From NCBI GenBank assembly GCA_937625935.1, contig OW569383.1, positions 1 to 64,000 of the forward strand: DNA of 64,000 nt, written 5' to 3'. Position numbers and translations under genes: made by a program. This document shows, piece after piece, positions 9,461 to 20,277 of this stretch; positions within the stretch are counted from its first letter, which is position 1; the number at the start of each line of letters is the position of its first letter. The notes beneath the pieces were generated by a model that was not told where the DNA came from, did no database searches, and saw nothing but the letters and a program-made list of their open reading frames with translations. The DNA comes from Tetramitus jugosus. Lineage: Eukaryota; Protista; Heterolobosea.

Positions 9461-11162
9461 TTAATCACCGCGAGCCAAAACACCGAGATGAATCCTCTTC
9501 TGAGTACACAAGTATCTTGTCAATTGCGTTTGGTATCTCTCATCTCCCAGTTGCAACAGAAGATCAATTTTACAACTGACCAACTGTTTGATCCCAGCGT
9601 CCAAATGACGATCGGAAACTATAATTGAAACACACAAACCTTTACTTACAACAGCTCTTACAATACAGCAGTGTCTTGGACCTCCGTACCTTGGTGATAG
9701 CACAACCTACTCAGATATCAGACTCGCATGAAACACCAGCACATGCATCAGCACACACCTCACAGAAATGTTTCTTACAACTGCTGCAATGGCGACTCAC
9801 ACTCTTGACAAGCTTGGTGCCACAATCAGAACAAGCAGTTGGATTAATCTTTCTTCGAGATCTGGTTTTCTGTGGTTCTTCCAGTGCAGAGGACGTGGCT
9901 TTCTGTGGTCGCCTGACGACGATCTTCTCTAACTGATCCCATCTCCATGCAACTCTGGAACCTTCCTCTGGAACCTTCCTCTGGAACCGAGCCATCAATA
10001 TTGGCCTCTGCAAATCTGGATTCTACATGCTCTACTGACAGATCTGCATACACTTCTGGATGATATCTGCGAGAACCTACCGTGAAAGGTTGGGAATGCT
10101 TCTGCAATACACGTGCCCGTCCATAAATTATACCATCGAGAGTTCATCTTCTTCAAAGTCATGCCTATGATTAGTGAGTGGATTAGCAGTATCATCATCC
10201 TGTTCTTGCCTTTGGGAATCATCATCAGAATATTCATCATTATCTTGGTTATCACCAGATTGATATGATCTTATCTGCTTCGCTGTCTTCTTCACAACAT
10301 GACGTGAGCTGATACCATCATCTACATCATCAGCTTCACTATGATAAAGTACTTTCTGCTTACTGACTGATCTGGACCGCTTCTTCTGTGGTTCCTGTAT
10401 TGATTTATCATCACTCAGATCTGTCTGCTTCCGTTTGCCTGCTGTCCTGATAGTGCCCTTCTGAACTGCTCGCTGTGTAGTTTTGTTCCTGGTTTCGAGA
10501 TAGTACATCATCATCAGAATGCTCATCATCATATCTGACACCGTATAACGTAGTTTCCTCATCACCTGCAACTGCTGGAGTATATTCCATCAATTCCTCA
10601 TCTGATGGATCACTAGATCTCATCTGCTAAGTCTTACGTATCTTATCCTGCAAAGCTTTATCTGATCTAATATCATCATCTAAATCATCATCAGATTCAT
10701 TACGAACTACTCTTGTCTTCTTCTTCTGCTGTCTGCCTGATCTAGAGGGTTTCCTCTGTGGTTCTTCTTCTTCTGACTCATCAGTCAGATCAAACTGCTT
10801 ACGTTTGCTTCCTCTTGGAAGTATCCTTCTGAGCGGCAGCTGGCTTCTTGACTGCTTTCTGTATAGTCTTCTTCTTAGTTCTGAATGAAGTTAATGTAAT
10901 ATGGTGCTCTGCCTCTTGTCTCGCCGACAACAGTTTCATCCAGAAACGTTCGCAGCAGTTCACTACCCAGCTTATGTGCACCTATATCACAAGCACAATA
11001 ATACATGATGAAAGTATTCATCAGATCCTCACTTCTCATTACAACAGTATGATCTATCACTGCAGCATAATGTCTGTACGTACCATCTGCTATGGAGTTC
11101 ATCGCAGCAATATGTGCATGCTGCATATCAGTGCTCAGAGTGTTACACTCGATCAGAATCAA
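9461..11162 (-). pseudogene. Decayed gene: Lys/acidic low-complexity region with internal duplication and a C-terminal Cys-rich zinc finger
   Basis: Broken ORFs in shifting frames; duplicated KRKQT-DL-D-EPQ-K-SRS block; CSDC..CSSC..FCEVCADAC; 13-bp tandem CTCTGGAACCTTC at 9953-9988. Confidence 0.55.
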
Positions 11163-11264
11163 ATTTTTTTTACGGTTGTGAGAGCAGATCAGATCAGTTA
11201 AGGATGATAGATAGATTTACAAGAACGTTTGGCAACATTGCCAAAAGATTAAACACTCACCTCA

Positions 11265-11828
11265 TCAACTGTCTACAGCCTCCATCAATGAACAGAGCAT
11301 GCGAACTGTATCGTAAAAACCTGAACTCCAGGCAATTGTAGCAGCATATCTTCCATCATTCTCAAGTGATTGATTAATCAATTGCGACAACTCTCCTGGA
11401 TCAGGATACCTTTCTTTCCAATGCTTTATGATACACTCACACAAAGAAACACTTCTTTCTGCTGCAATGTGCAGAGTATTGGGTCTTGTTTCTCGTGTTT
11501 CATCCCTGACAAGAACATTGTCAGTGAGTTTCATCAATTCATCAAACATTGAAATATCTATCGCCACTTCCGATGCGAGATACATGACAGGAATGGGAGC
11601 AGCCATATCATCACCAGTATTCTTGCTCTTAAAAACTGGTTGATTGGCAATATCACTCAACTTGATTGATACAACTTCGTTCAGAAACTGTGGGCGAAGA
11701 GAAGCTCGCAAGGGACGAGCAAACAGTAATTCCAGAGGAGTTTGATTCCGCTTGTTTCTTTCGAACATAAAACTCTCTGGACAAACTAACGACAAATATT
11801 TCACTAACTCAATCTCGACAGTGAACAA
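11265..11828 (-). pseudogene. 5'-truncated divergent ankyrin-repeat protein fragment
   Basis: ELVKYL, NKRNQTPLELL, NTLHIAAE and NDGRYAATIA motifs; ORF-track start is not ATG; abuts an opposite-strand ankyrin-like fragment. Confidence 0.5.
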
Positions 11829-12335
11829 GATTTTAACATGATCAAGACAATCATTGAGACTTACAAACCTTCATTGGCTGTCAATGGTGTTAATAATTAT
11901 CTTTACGAGACGTCCTTCAGTTCACTCACTCCGGTTCGAACTGAATTGATGAAATATTTGGTGTGTTTGAAGCCTGACTTGATCACACATATTGATCCAC
12001 GTTCTCGTCAAGGACTCCGAATGAAGCGCTGAATGCAATGATGTGTTTGTCACCTATGCATTGACAGTTGCCGGAGCGTTGTTGATCTCAGCTGTTGCAT
12101 GTTGGATCTTTGCTCAGAAAGTATCACAGACTGGGTCTGTATGCCCAAGGCAACCACCAATAGGCAGCAAATTAGCAATAACAGAGAGGTGGGGGTGGCA
12201 GGAACCTCGAAATGACAAGAAAGTAGAGCTTTGTGGTCCAACCTTTCAAAACAACTCCTGGCAATTGTGAAACACTTTCATCTCATTTTTTAAATTGATA
12301 CAGAGGACCGATAGAATATCTTACCGTCGTTTGGA

Positions 12336-15231
12336 TCAAAGAAGAGCAATAGACAGCGGATTCTCAAGACCAACAGATCTACGAACAGTCACCAGTGAAA
12401 GCGTTTTTGGAGCATCGTGATCCTTTTGCATTGTGTTGATGCGAGTTGCAAATGTTGGAGCCTGTACAATCGATTGTCTTATCGCTTTCTTAATCTTCTC
12501 AAGATTTCTCAGGTTCATTCTCTCACGCCAATCGGTGATCATACAGCCTCCAATTATTGCTTTCAGGTGATGGAAGCAAGTGGAATATTCTTCACCAAAA
12601 GCTGAAACGAATGATTCATTTGACTCATTCATGTATTTGGATATCATCTTATGGCACTTTTCGTTTTTGATAGTGTCTGTGACAGGATGAATAAACCATT
12701 CATCTCCAGTCAACATTCGTTTTAGATAATGGGCAAATAAAATACCAATCGAAAAGATATCCATGGCTGTATTGACAAGAAAGTCTTCCTCGCATACAAA
12801 TGGTCGCGTTCTTCCAATGCTACCCGTTATGGAATGAGTCAATGAGTAACTGCAATTCATATCGATTATAACAGCATCATGCAATTCAAAGTCATTTTCC
12901 ACAGCTATGTTCGATTTTCTGAACATGATGTTCCAAATGGACAAATCACCATGAATAATTCTCTTCTTGTGCAATACCTTGACGCCTTTCATTATTCCAC
13001 TCATTAGGTGATCTAGAATTTTCAATTTAGATCTTCCAGACAGTTTTTGAATCTTACTGTAACTCAAGTATTGATCATACGGTACAAGTATTTCTGTAAC
13101 TGTTAAGTAGCACATATTCTTATCTTCATCATCACTCTCCATTTTAGTTTTCCAGTCAATTGGTACCTTGTTCACTCGTTCATGCTTCAAAATTTGAACC
13201 AAATTCCTATGTTTTGGCACTTCACTCATTACTTTCTCTTCATCAACTGTTCCAATTGAAAATTTCACAAACACTGGACATTGTGTCGATTGTGATTTGT
13301 GAGAGATAAACGCAAAGCATTTGCTATTGCGAATCAATTCTCTGTCCGTCGTGAATCCTTGTTCCTCTACAATCTCTTCAATTGATGAACAGTAATTCAT
13401 CACGAAATTTCTTGAGGAGTTCGAGGAGCGTCGAGAGCCACTATTGCTCTTCTTTCCCTCAAATCTCTTGCGACTGGAAGAATTATCTTTCTTGTCCTGT
13501 TGATGATCGTTGTCATCATTGTTCTCATTATTGTTGTCACTATCATCATTATTGGAATAATCCTGCGTGTTGTTCGTTAACTCAAAGACTTTTTCAAAGA
13601 CTCCGTCTCTTAGAGTTCCTCGTCGAATATGATAGCCAGATTTATCTCTCCAAATGAGATCAACTTTACAATTCCTTTCCACCGAAACAATATGAAATTT
13701 ACCGTTTTGTTGGATAAAGCATAGGGAGCGGTCCGCTAACGAACCCATTAATTTGAACGTGAACGGAACACCTATTTCCTCAGTTGTATTTTTTTCATCT
13801 ACTTGTCTCATAATTCTACGAACCTTCGAAAATATGCCCATTTCAACCTCTGGTAACTCTTCACAACGTTTTTTGATAACAACACCACAGTTGCTTGGGT
13901 TCACTATTTCACACAATACAACACTCTCTTTGTATGTGTTAGTTGCTATTTTTGAAGCTTTGACACTGTCCATGAACTTTTCATCTGTTTGTTTCAACTG
14001 ATCAAATTGCACAATAGTTCCCACAACAAAGCTCCTCAACATATCTCTACATTGGGCAATTTGATTAGCGTCATTATACTGATAAATTTGTGATGTTTTC
14101 AACTTGAAGAAGAGGGCTTTTTGTTGGTCATTCGTGTTTGGCTTGACCACGTTTGTAGTGAGAGACAAAAACGCCACACCATTTAAACCAGCCAGTACAC
14201 CCCAAGTAGTTAATTTTTCGTTTTCTGGCGAAAAAGTCCTCATTGTATCATTGAGCATATTTCTCAACACAAAGCAAACTTTGAAGAAATCCTTATGCTC
14301 TCTTATGTCAGTGAATGGTTCCTTCTGCACTTCCATCGTTACAATATAAAAAGGATTGTGCGGCTTTAGATGTGGAAATTGTTTGGAATTCAGTTCAATA
14401 ACCATATCAGGCTTGATATGTCTAACACTTAATGTTGACATTTCCTCCTCAATTTTCTTGTCGACAGATTTGGACTTGTACTTCACGTTGCTGTGAACAA
14501 AGATATATTTTGGAGCAAGACAACCAATAGCTTCTCTGATAAGTTGCACAACAGAGAATTGCTGTAAACACATCTCTGCCCATTTTTCTGACCTGGAGTT
14601 TCGCTGAACGAAGGCTAACCAATGCTCATTTGTGCATGTATTCAGCATATACGATGTGGTAAGCTTCTGTTTTTTTAGTGTTTCTTGGATGAGTTGAGTT
14701 TCCGCTTTGTTCTTTGGTTCCGGTGTTCTTGGTATCAAATCATCTGATGATTGCTCAGATGTTTCCCCTTGTTTCTTGAGAGGCTTCTTACTGTACTTAA
14801 TCAACCAAGAATTAAGAAAATTTTGTAGTGGTTGTGGCAAATCAATTCTCTGATTACAGCGGACAACATCGTTGTTGTTGTGTTGATCTAAAATTACGCC
14901 GGGTTTCATACACTCTTGAACTACCAGTTCAGCTTCCAAATCTCCCAACATTTCCATTCCATTACAAAATAGTCTCGTCAATTCCTCTTCATCAAATGAT
15001 CCAGCCACTAACCGGGTAAATATTTCGCTCATCTTTTTTGCAACCTTTTGTGCCATCTCTTTGTTGATCATCGGTTGTTCAATGGGACCATACTCTTCAG
15101 AACTTGGATCGTCACGATTATTCTTGTTTGGATGACCTGAAGGAATTAGATGATCCTGTGGACACAGAAAGTAAAAAACAATTCATACTTCTTGCTTCGA
15201 AAGCGTCACGGTAGTTCCTCTTTTTCAACAT
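12336..15231 (-). CDS. Crinkler-like protein: PD-(D/E)xK restriction-endonuclease fold plus C-terminal atypical protein kinase; intron 15137-15188
   Basis: KPDMVI..MEVQK..KDFFKV..TWGVLAG nuclease-fold pattern; kinase VFVKF, HRNLVQIL, HGDLSIWN, IDMN, DIFSIG; GTATGA..CAG intron joins ATG 15231 in frame. Confidence 0.75.
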
Positions 15232-15448
15232 TTTTTCTTGTTGTGCGTAATTCATTTCCCGCGAAAAAACAATTGACAAGTGCTTAAGTCAAGGGAGCTC
15301 CCTGATGCGTTAAAGTAATTACAAAATGTTGTAAATTTGGATTGGTAGACAGTTGTCACCTCAAACAAGGACCATACACTTCTGTAGTTAAACATCACTA
15401 TTCAACAAAAGGAACAACTAATAATATCGTTGTGATGATTTTGGAGGG

Positions 15449-16042
15449 TTATTGCGATTGAATGCTCATCATCTCAGATGGCTGAAGCCGAAGGAGTCTT
15501 CCTCAGTTCTCCTTTGTAGCATAGAACATGATGTACAGATGGTTGGTGTCATCTGGATTACGTGGTGTTAACCACATGTCTATCATTTCAGGTATCGCTC
15601 ACTTGATCTTGAAGCTTGTACAGAGTTCTCATATCGTTGTATCGATGGATACAACTAGATCGAACTTGGTGAATTTCAACACCATATTTCCAGCTCTATG
15701 GCTGTCTCTTCCGGAGATTCTTCGCAGGTTCGTCTCTGGCAATGGTGTTGTCTCAATGAAACCACATCCCATCAGATGAAAGGAATGACTGTCAATCATG
15801 ACATCTGTACCAGGTAAAATGGAGTTGCCCTTCCTACATGACTTTTCGACACTGAATGTTCCATTTTGTATACAAGAGTAAGTCCAAAATCTTGTGCTGA
15901 TTTCTCAGAATAAATCGTTGAAGACATGCAACACTGTGTTCATGGTGAAAGTGAGCAAATTTCAGATATATTTCTCTCGATCTTCAGGTGAGGGATCTGA
16001 ATAGTAGCAGACCTGACAGAAATATGTGCAAGGTTTGTTTTG
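15449..16042 (-). pseudogene. Decayed ORF interrupted only by TGA codons
   Basis: About 197 codons with no TAA/TAG but five TGA (YI*NL, LF*EI, TI*EL, IK*AI, EN*GR). Confidence 0.65.
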
Positions 16043-16263
16043 TTAGGAAACAATAAGAGAAGATAGCATTCTTTTATCTAATTAGCGTTCCATATCATCT
16101 CATCTACCATCGCTACAATGTTACTGTCCAAATGCCTTCAGGAACGATTCTCCAAATCTTGTTTTGGATTGTTTTTTCTTAGTTGTTGCAGATGCATGGC
16201 CTCCACCTTCGTTATCGTGTATTAATGACTGAGTGAACTTTTGTAAGGATCGATGAGGTGGGT

Positions 16264-17058
16264 TCATAGGATAGAGGGTTGATAGGGTACATCCAGTACC
16301 TCATTCACAGATAATGAAGTGAGTGTCTCCGGTTCATCACTGATAGGTGATGAAACCTTTTCACTCAGTGGTGCACTACACAATGCAGATACTTCTGGAT
16401 TTGGGTCTCGGTGAGCAACAACGGTGACACAACGATTCAAAATCTCAGAAAACTCCCGAACTGTATCAAACAAATGATGTCCAACTGATTCAACCATTTC
16501 ATATTGCTTCATCCTATGTGCAACCATACTTGTTTTTGTAATCATATCAATATCATAGAATAGTTCTTGGGCAACTCTCAATTTCTCTTTTTGTACTGAA
16601 AGCTGAATGAGGTTCTTCCCTCGTGAAGCAACCTTATCTCTGTAGAAGTCCTTATCCAGAATAAAGTTCCTCCGTTTGCGTTGCAATTTCTCAACAGGTG
16701 TAAATTTTTCCAGATATTCAGCAAGTGGTTGAATTACTTGTGCATCAATGTTGGTCTGCAATGGTTTGATTGTCTTCATTTCAAGCTCATCTGCCAAAGT
16801 AACCAATTTGGATGGTAGTTGGCCGCTGTGACCTGCTTGAACATGGATATCGCCACAATACTTGGCGAGAACACCCAGAGTAATAGTAACATCCCTTAGT
16901 TGTTTAATTAGCAACTCCACATTACTTTTAATGTCATTGGTTATCTCGTAAGATTCTTTAAATTGTTTGTCTAAGTAATCATATTCATGGTCTTTCTCGC
17001 TCATAGATTGTCCCAAGGCCTCCTTCACGGCCTGTGTTTTACGTCTAATGCCTTGCAT
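16264..17058 (-). CDS. BAR-domain protein (amphiphysin/endophilin-like)
   Basis: All-helical; KDHEYDYLDKQF, VIQPLAEYLEKF, KRRNFILDKDFY and KLRVAQELF match BAR helices. Confidence 0.75.
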   Translation of the reverse strand: MQGIRRKTQAVKEALGQSMSEKDHEYDYLDKQFKESYEITNDIKSNVELLIKQLRDVTITLGVLAKYCGDIHVQAGHSGQLPSKLVTLADELEMKTIKPLQTNIDAQVIQPLAEYLEKFTPVEKLQRKRRNFILDKDFYRDKVASRGKNLIQLSVQKEKLRVAQELFYDIDMITKTSMVAHRMKQYEMVESVGHHLFDTVREFSEILNRCVTVVAHRDPNPEVSALCSAPLSEKVSSPISDEPETLTSLSVNEVLDVPYQPSIL

Positions 17059-17248
17059 TGGTATTTTGCTTTGCTTGTAAGAGAGTATTTTAACACCATT
17101 CTTTTTTAAATGTCGATTGCTTCAGGATCCATTTGGGCGCTAGAAGGTGTCCCTTGGTCCTTTTCCATTTTCCTGGTGGATACCCAAAAACCGCCATTCT
17201 ATCGGGGCTTTTTTTGTTGGCCATTGGAACGTTCTAAGGGAGGAAAGA

Positions 17249-17956
17249 ATGAAGAGCAAAAACATATGCCAACAAAAGAGATATCCAAGCCAGAAAATTG
17301 ACACTGCTCTAAAACAACAACACATGTCAACGCCACACAACTTCACAGAGGAGAATATTTTGCTCCAACACAATTACGCTCAGACGTCGACCGAGACTTT
17401 GCATGTCTTCCTCGGCACACAACCCCTTGCTGATATCATTGGCAGAGGTGCAGGGAGGATAGAAAAGAAGATATTTGGGGATGCTCGTGCTTCTCATACA
17501 TATCTCATGTTTTGTCCAGAACAACAAGGACCATGTACTCTGATAGAACTAAAGTTGGGTGCATGTAAGTGCATGAGCTTGGTTGTCAAACAAGTAACAT
17601 GTTGCAAGAAACGGACATTTCGCTTGGAATATTTGGGCGCAACCACGTGTGATTTAGACGAATTGGTCAAGCTTGCACAGGATTACACAAAAAAGAATTG
17701 GACATATAATTTTTGGTGGAGGAATTGCCGAACATTGGTTGATTATTTGATTGATGAAATACCTGAATTTGCAACCCTACCACGCAAGAACGGTTCTGTA
17801 TTAGAACACTACCATCATGACTATAAAAACAGAAGATCATCTGTACACGATTCTCAGATGGATCGATTTGGTCAGTTACTTGAGTCTAAAAGCTTGCTTG
17901 CTTTTGGATCCGAAGAAGAAACAGACAGCCATAATGTCTCTCTTTCATCATCATAG
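17249..17956 (+). CDS. Permuted papain-like (PPPDE/DeSI-like) peptidase
   Basis: His in SHTYLMF, YLGATT, catalytic YNFWWRNCRTLVDYL; true start is ATG 17249 or 17324. Confidence 0.72.
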   Translation: MKSKNICQQKRYPSQKIDTALKQQHMSTPHNFTEENILLQHNYAQTSTETLHVFLGTQPLADIIGRGAGRIEKKIFGDARASHTYLMFCPEQQGPCTLIELKLGACKCMSLVVKQVTCCKKRTFRLEYLGATTCDLDELVKLAQDYTKKNWTYNFWWRNCRTLVDYLIDEIPEFATLPRKNGSVLEHYHHDYKNRRSSVHDSQMDRFGQLLESKSLLAFGSEEETDSHNVSLSSS

Positions 17957-18244
17957 AGCTTAACCGTTTGTTGATGATACTCGTACCTCAATGTATTGGA
18001 TCTTGTATGATAAAATAGGCTTCCAGTGGTGAAGATATTGAAACCCAGGAATTAATTTGTACTCTGACATTACAGAAAGGTTGCTAATCGCTCGCATGTC
18101 AAGACTTTGCTACCTGCTCGCAATGTCCGAAAAAGATAGAACCACCATTACTTCCATTGCGTTGTTCATGTGGTATAACACATAGAGTACTTACTTTGTA
18201 AAACTGCAAAACAGACAAAAATTTTTGAACTTCATCTCAAAAAG

Positions 18245-20209
18245 ATGACCAAGCGGATGTTTTGTGCCAACGGCAGAGTTGACCCTGAACAACACTTCAT
18301 GGTGAGTACCGCGAAGTGGAATCAGCAACATTTAGTACCTCTCTTGTCTCGTGGTACCTACGTATCGTTGATCGCTCCTAGTCAAACTGGCAAGACTACA
18401 AGAGTCGTCTCACTAGCGAAACAACTCAACAACAATGGATATTTAGCTATTTACCTTGATATGTCGACTGTTCTGAGTACTTGCATCTCGAAACGTATTC
18501 CATTCTTCGATGCTTTCATCGAGATGTTGATATTATCAAACGCAAAAATTACCGAAGTGTACGAGAAGATTGACGCAAAAAGCTGGTTGGACCTTTTCAG
18601 AAAGGATAAAGCGCAATGGACTCACCAAAAACAAGTCATTCTCCTATTGGATGAAATAGATACAATCCAATCATTCCAAACAGAAGAAAGGACTAATTTT
18701 CTGACAGCATTAAGAAGTATGAAGCAAGATCGAAATGGAGATCACTCTCTCTATACACTTCTTTCAGTTCTAGTAATCACTAACTATGTCGGAAGCGTGC
18801 TAGATGATACTATTGGGAACTCTTCGTTTAACATTGCACATCGCTTAACAGCACCTTATTTTAGTATGGCGGAGGTGACTGAGCTTGTTAAGCAGTATGA
18901 GGATCAAGAGGGTATTCTAATGGATGACAATATTAAAAAAGCTATATATGAGAACACTTGCGGTGCGCAAGGTTTAACAGTGATATACATGTGTAACTTT
19001 GTTGAGCTCAGGAGTAGAATTGGATACAATCCAAGCTATCGCGATTGGCTCACATTCTCATTTTCTCATGACTTTATCAGAACAATTATGGAATATTCAA
19101 ACTATAACAAAATGGTTCGTCTGATTCAAGCTGACACCGATAGCAAGCGTACATTGATGGAAAAGTATTATACCGGAAAGATTAGCAGCTCCATTCCTCC
19201 CAATTTGATTATCTCCAATGCTTTGTTATCTAATGGAGAATATGCCTCTCCATTTATACCTCAATTACTCTCTGTTATACTATACTCTCCACCTCATACA
19301 TTGAAGTATTCAATTTCATTAACTTCAAGCAACAAAATAGATGTGGTTCAATTGATAAAAGATACTATTAGGCATATGAATCCAATGGAGATAGCAACCG
19401 CACCAAAAATGAGCACAGCTTATTGTCTACCAAGTACAGATACTAAAGGACCTAAAGAAGTTGTGTATGTGTCGGCATTCAAGAAGGCTCTGGATCGATT
19501 GTTGTCTGATTACTGTATTCAACTACTACCTGAGTATCCAGTATCTGGTAAGTCATGTGATATGGTAGTCACGTTACGTGGAGAGAAAATTGTAATTGAA
19601 CATGGTGCAAACTTAAGCGTAGACCCAGAAAGTACCCAACGTATGAGTGTGAAGCATCAAGTGAAGAATCAAGCAGAATTTTACCATACTGGGCTGAAAG
19701 CTGATCAAACTTGGGTCATCAATTGGACAACCATCGCAAATGGGACATCCAATCATCAAGTTGAGTATTATTTTCCACAGTCTGAAACTGTACATACAGT
19801 ATACGTATACCATGATCGGATTTTTCATGAAATTCAAGTTGTCACTGAAGAACATGTTGAAACAATCATTTTACCAGAGCCAGTATTTACATCCAATAGA
19901 CTAGATTCAGGAGAAGCACATGCAAAGAAGCCAAGAATGGATGGTAGTCCAGACAGCCGCCATTTGCTATCGACACAACAATTGGGTAAAACTGTTGTGT
20001 TTAAAGATGCACAAGGAAATCTACGCCCTTATTATGCTGTTTCATTTGCCAAGTTGAGTGAATACATCACTGAAGTATTTGCAGGAAAACACGTGCACAA
20101 CGTTACTTACGATCATGTTAAGTTTGGTGAATTGGCAATCAAGGATGAGTCCAACTTTGCTTTCGTCCCGGATGATTCTTTTCTAACTATTCTTTGGAAT
20201 GAGCAATAA
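18245..20209 (+). CDS. Crinkler-like P-loop NTPase (AAA_35-like) plus REase-fold protein with a possible C-terminal ubiquitin/PB1-like domain
   Basis: Walker A APSQTGKT, Walker B LLLDEID, GNSSFNI; nuclease fold PKEVVY..EYPVSGKSCDMVV..VIEHG..WVINW..VYVYHD; intronless. Confidence 0.78.
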   Translation: MTKRMFCANGRVDPEQHFMVSTAKWNQQHLVPLLSRGTYVSLIAPSQTGKTTRVVSLAKQLNNNGYLAIYLDMSTVLSTCISKRIPFFDAFIEMLILSNAKITEVYEKIDAKSWLDLFRKDKAQWTHQKQVILLLDEIDTIQSFQTEERTNFLTALRSMKQDRNGDHSLYTLLSVLVITNYVGSVLDDTIGNSSFNIAHRLTAPYFSMAEVTELVKQYEDQEGILMDDNIKKAIYENTCGAQGLTVIYMCNFVELRSRIGYNPSYRDWLTFSFSHDFIRTIMEYSNYNKMVRLIQADTDSKRTLMEKYYTGKISSSIPPNLIISNALLSNGEYASPFIPQLLSVILYSPPHTLKYSISLTSSNKIDVVQLIKDTIRHMNPMEIATAPKMSTAYCLPSTDTKGPKEVVYVSAFKKALDRLLSDYCIQLLPEYPVSGKSCDMVVTLRGEKIVIEHGANLSVDPESTQRMSVKHQVKNQAEFYHTGLKADQTWVINWTTIANGTSNHQVEYYFPQSETVHTVYVYHDRIFHEIQVVTEEHVETIILPEPVFTSNRLDSGEAHAKKPRMDGSPDSRHLLSTQQLGKTVVFKDAQGNLRPYYAVSFAKLSEYITEVFAGKHVHNVTYDHVKFGELAIKDESNFAFVPDDSFLTILWNEQ

Positions 20210-20277
20210 TAAAGGCAAATTAGCATGACTGACACTGCACACATCGATCCAGGGCGCGGTTCCGAAAGTGGAAATAG

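Noticed and set aside
15449-16042. Genome-wide UGA=Trp or selenoprotein recoding
   Set aside because: Intact genes here end in TGA (e.g. 25464, 40803), contexts favour Arg, and no SECIS was recognised; kept only as a minor alternative
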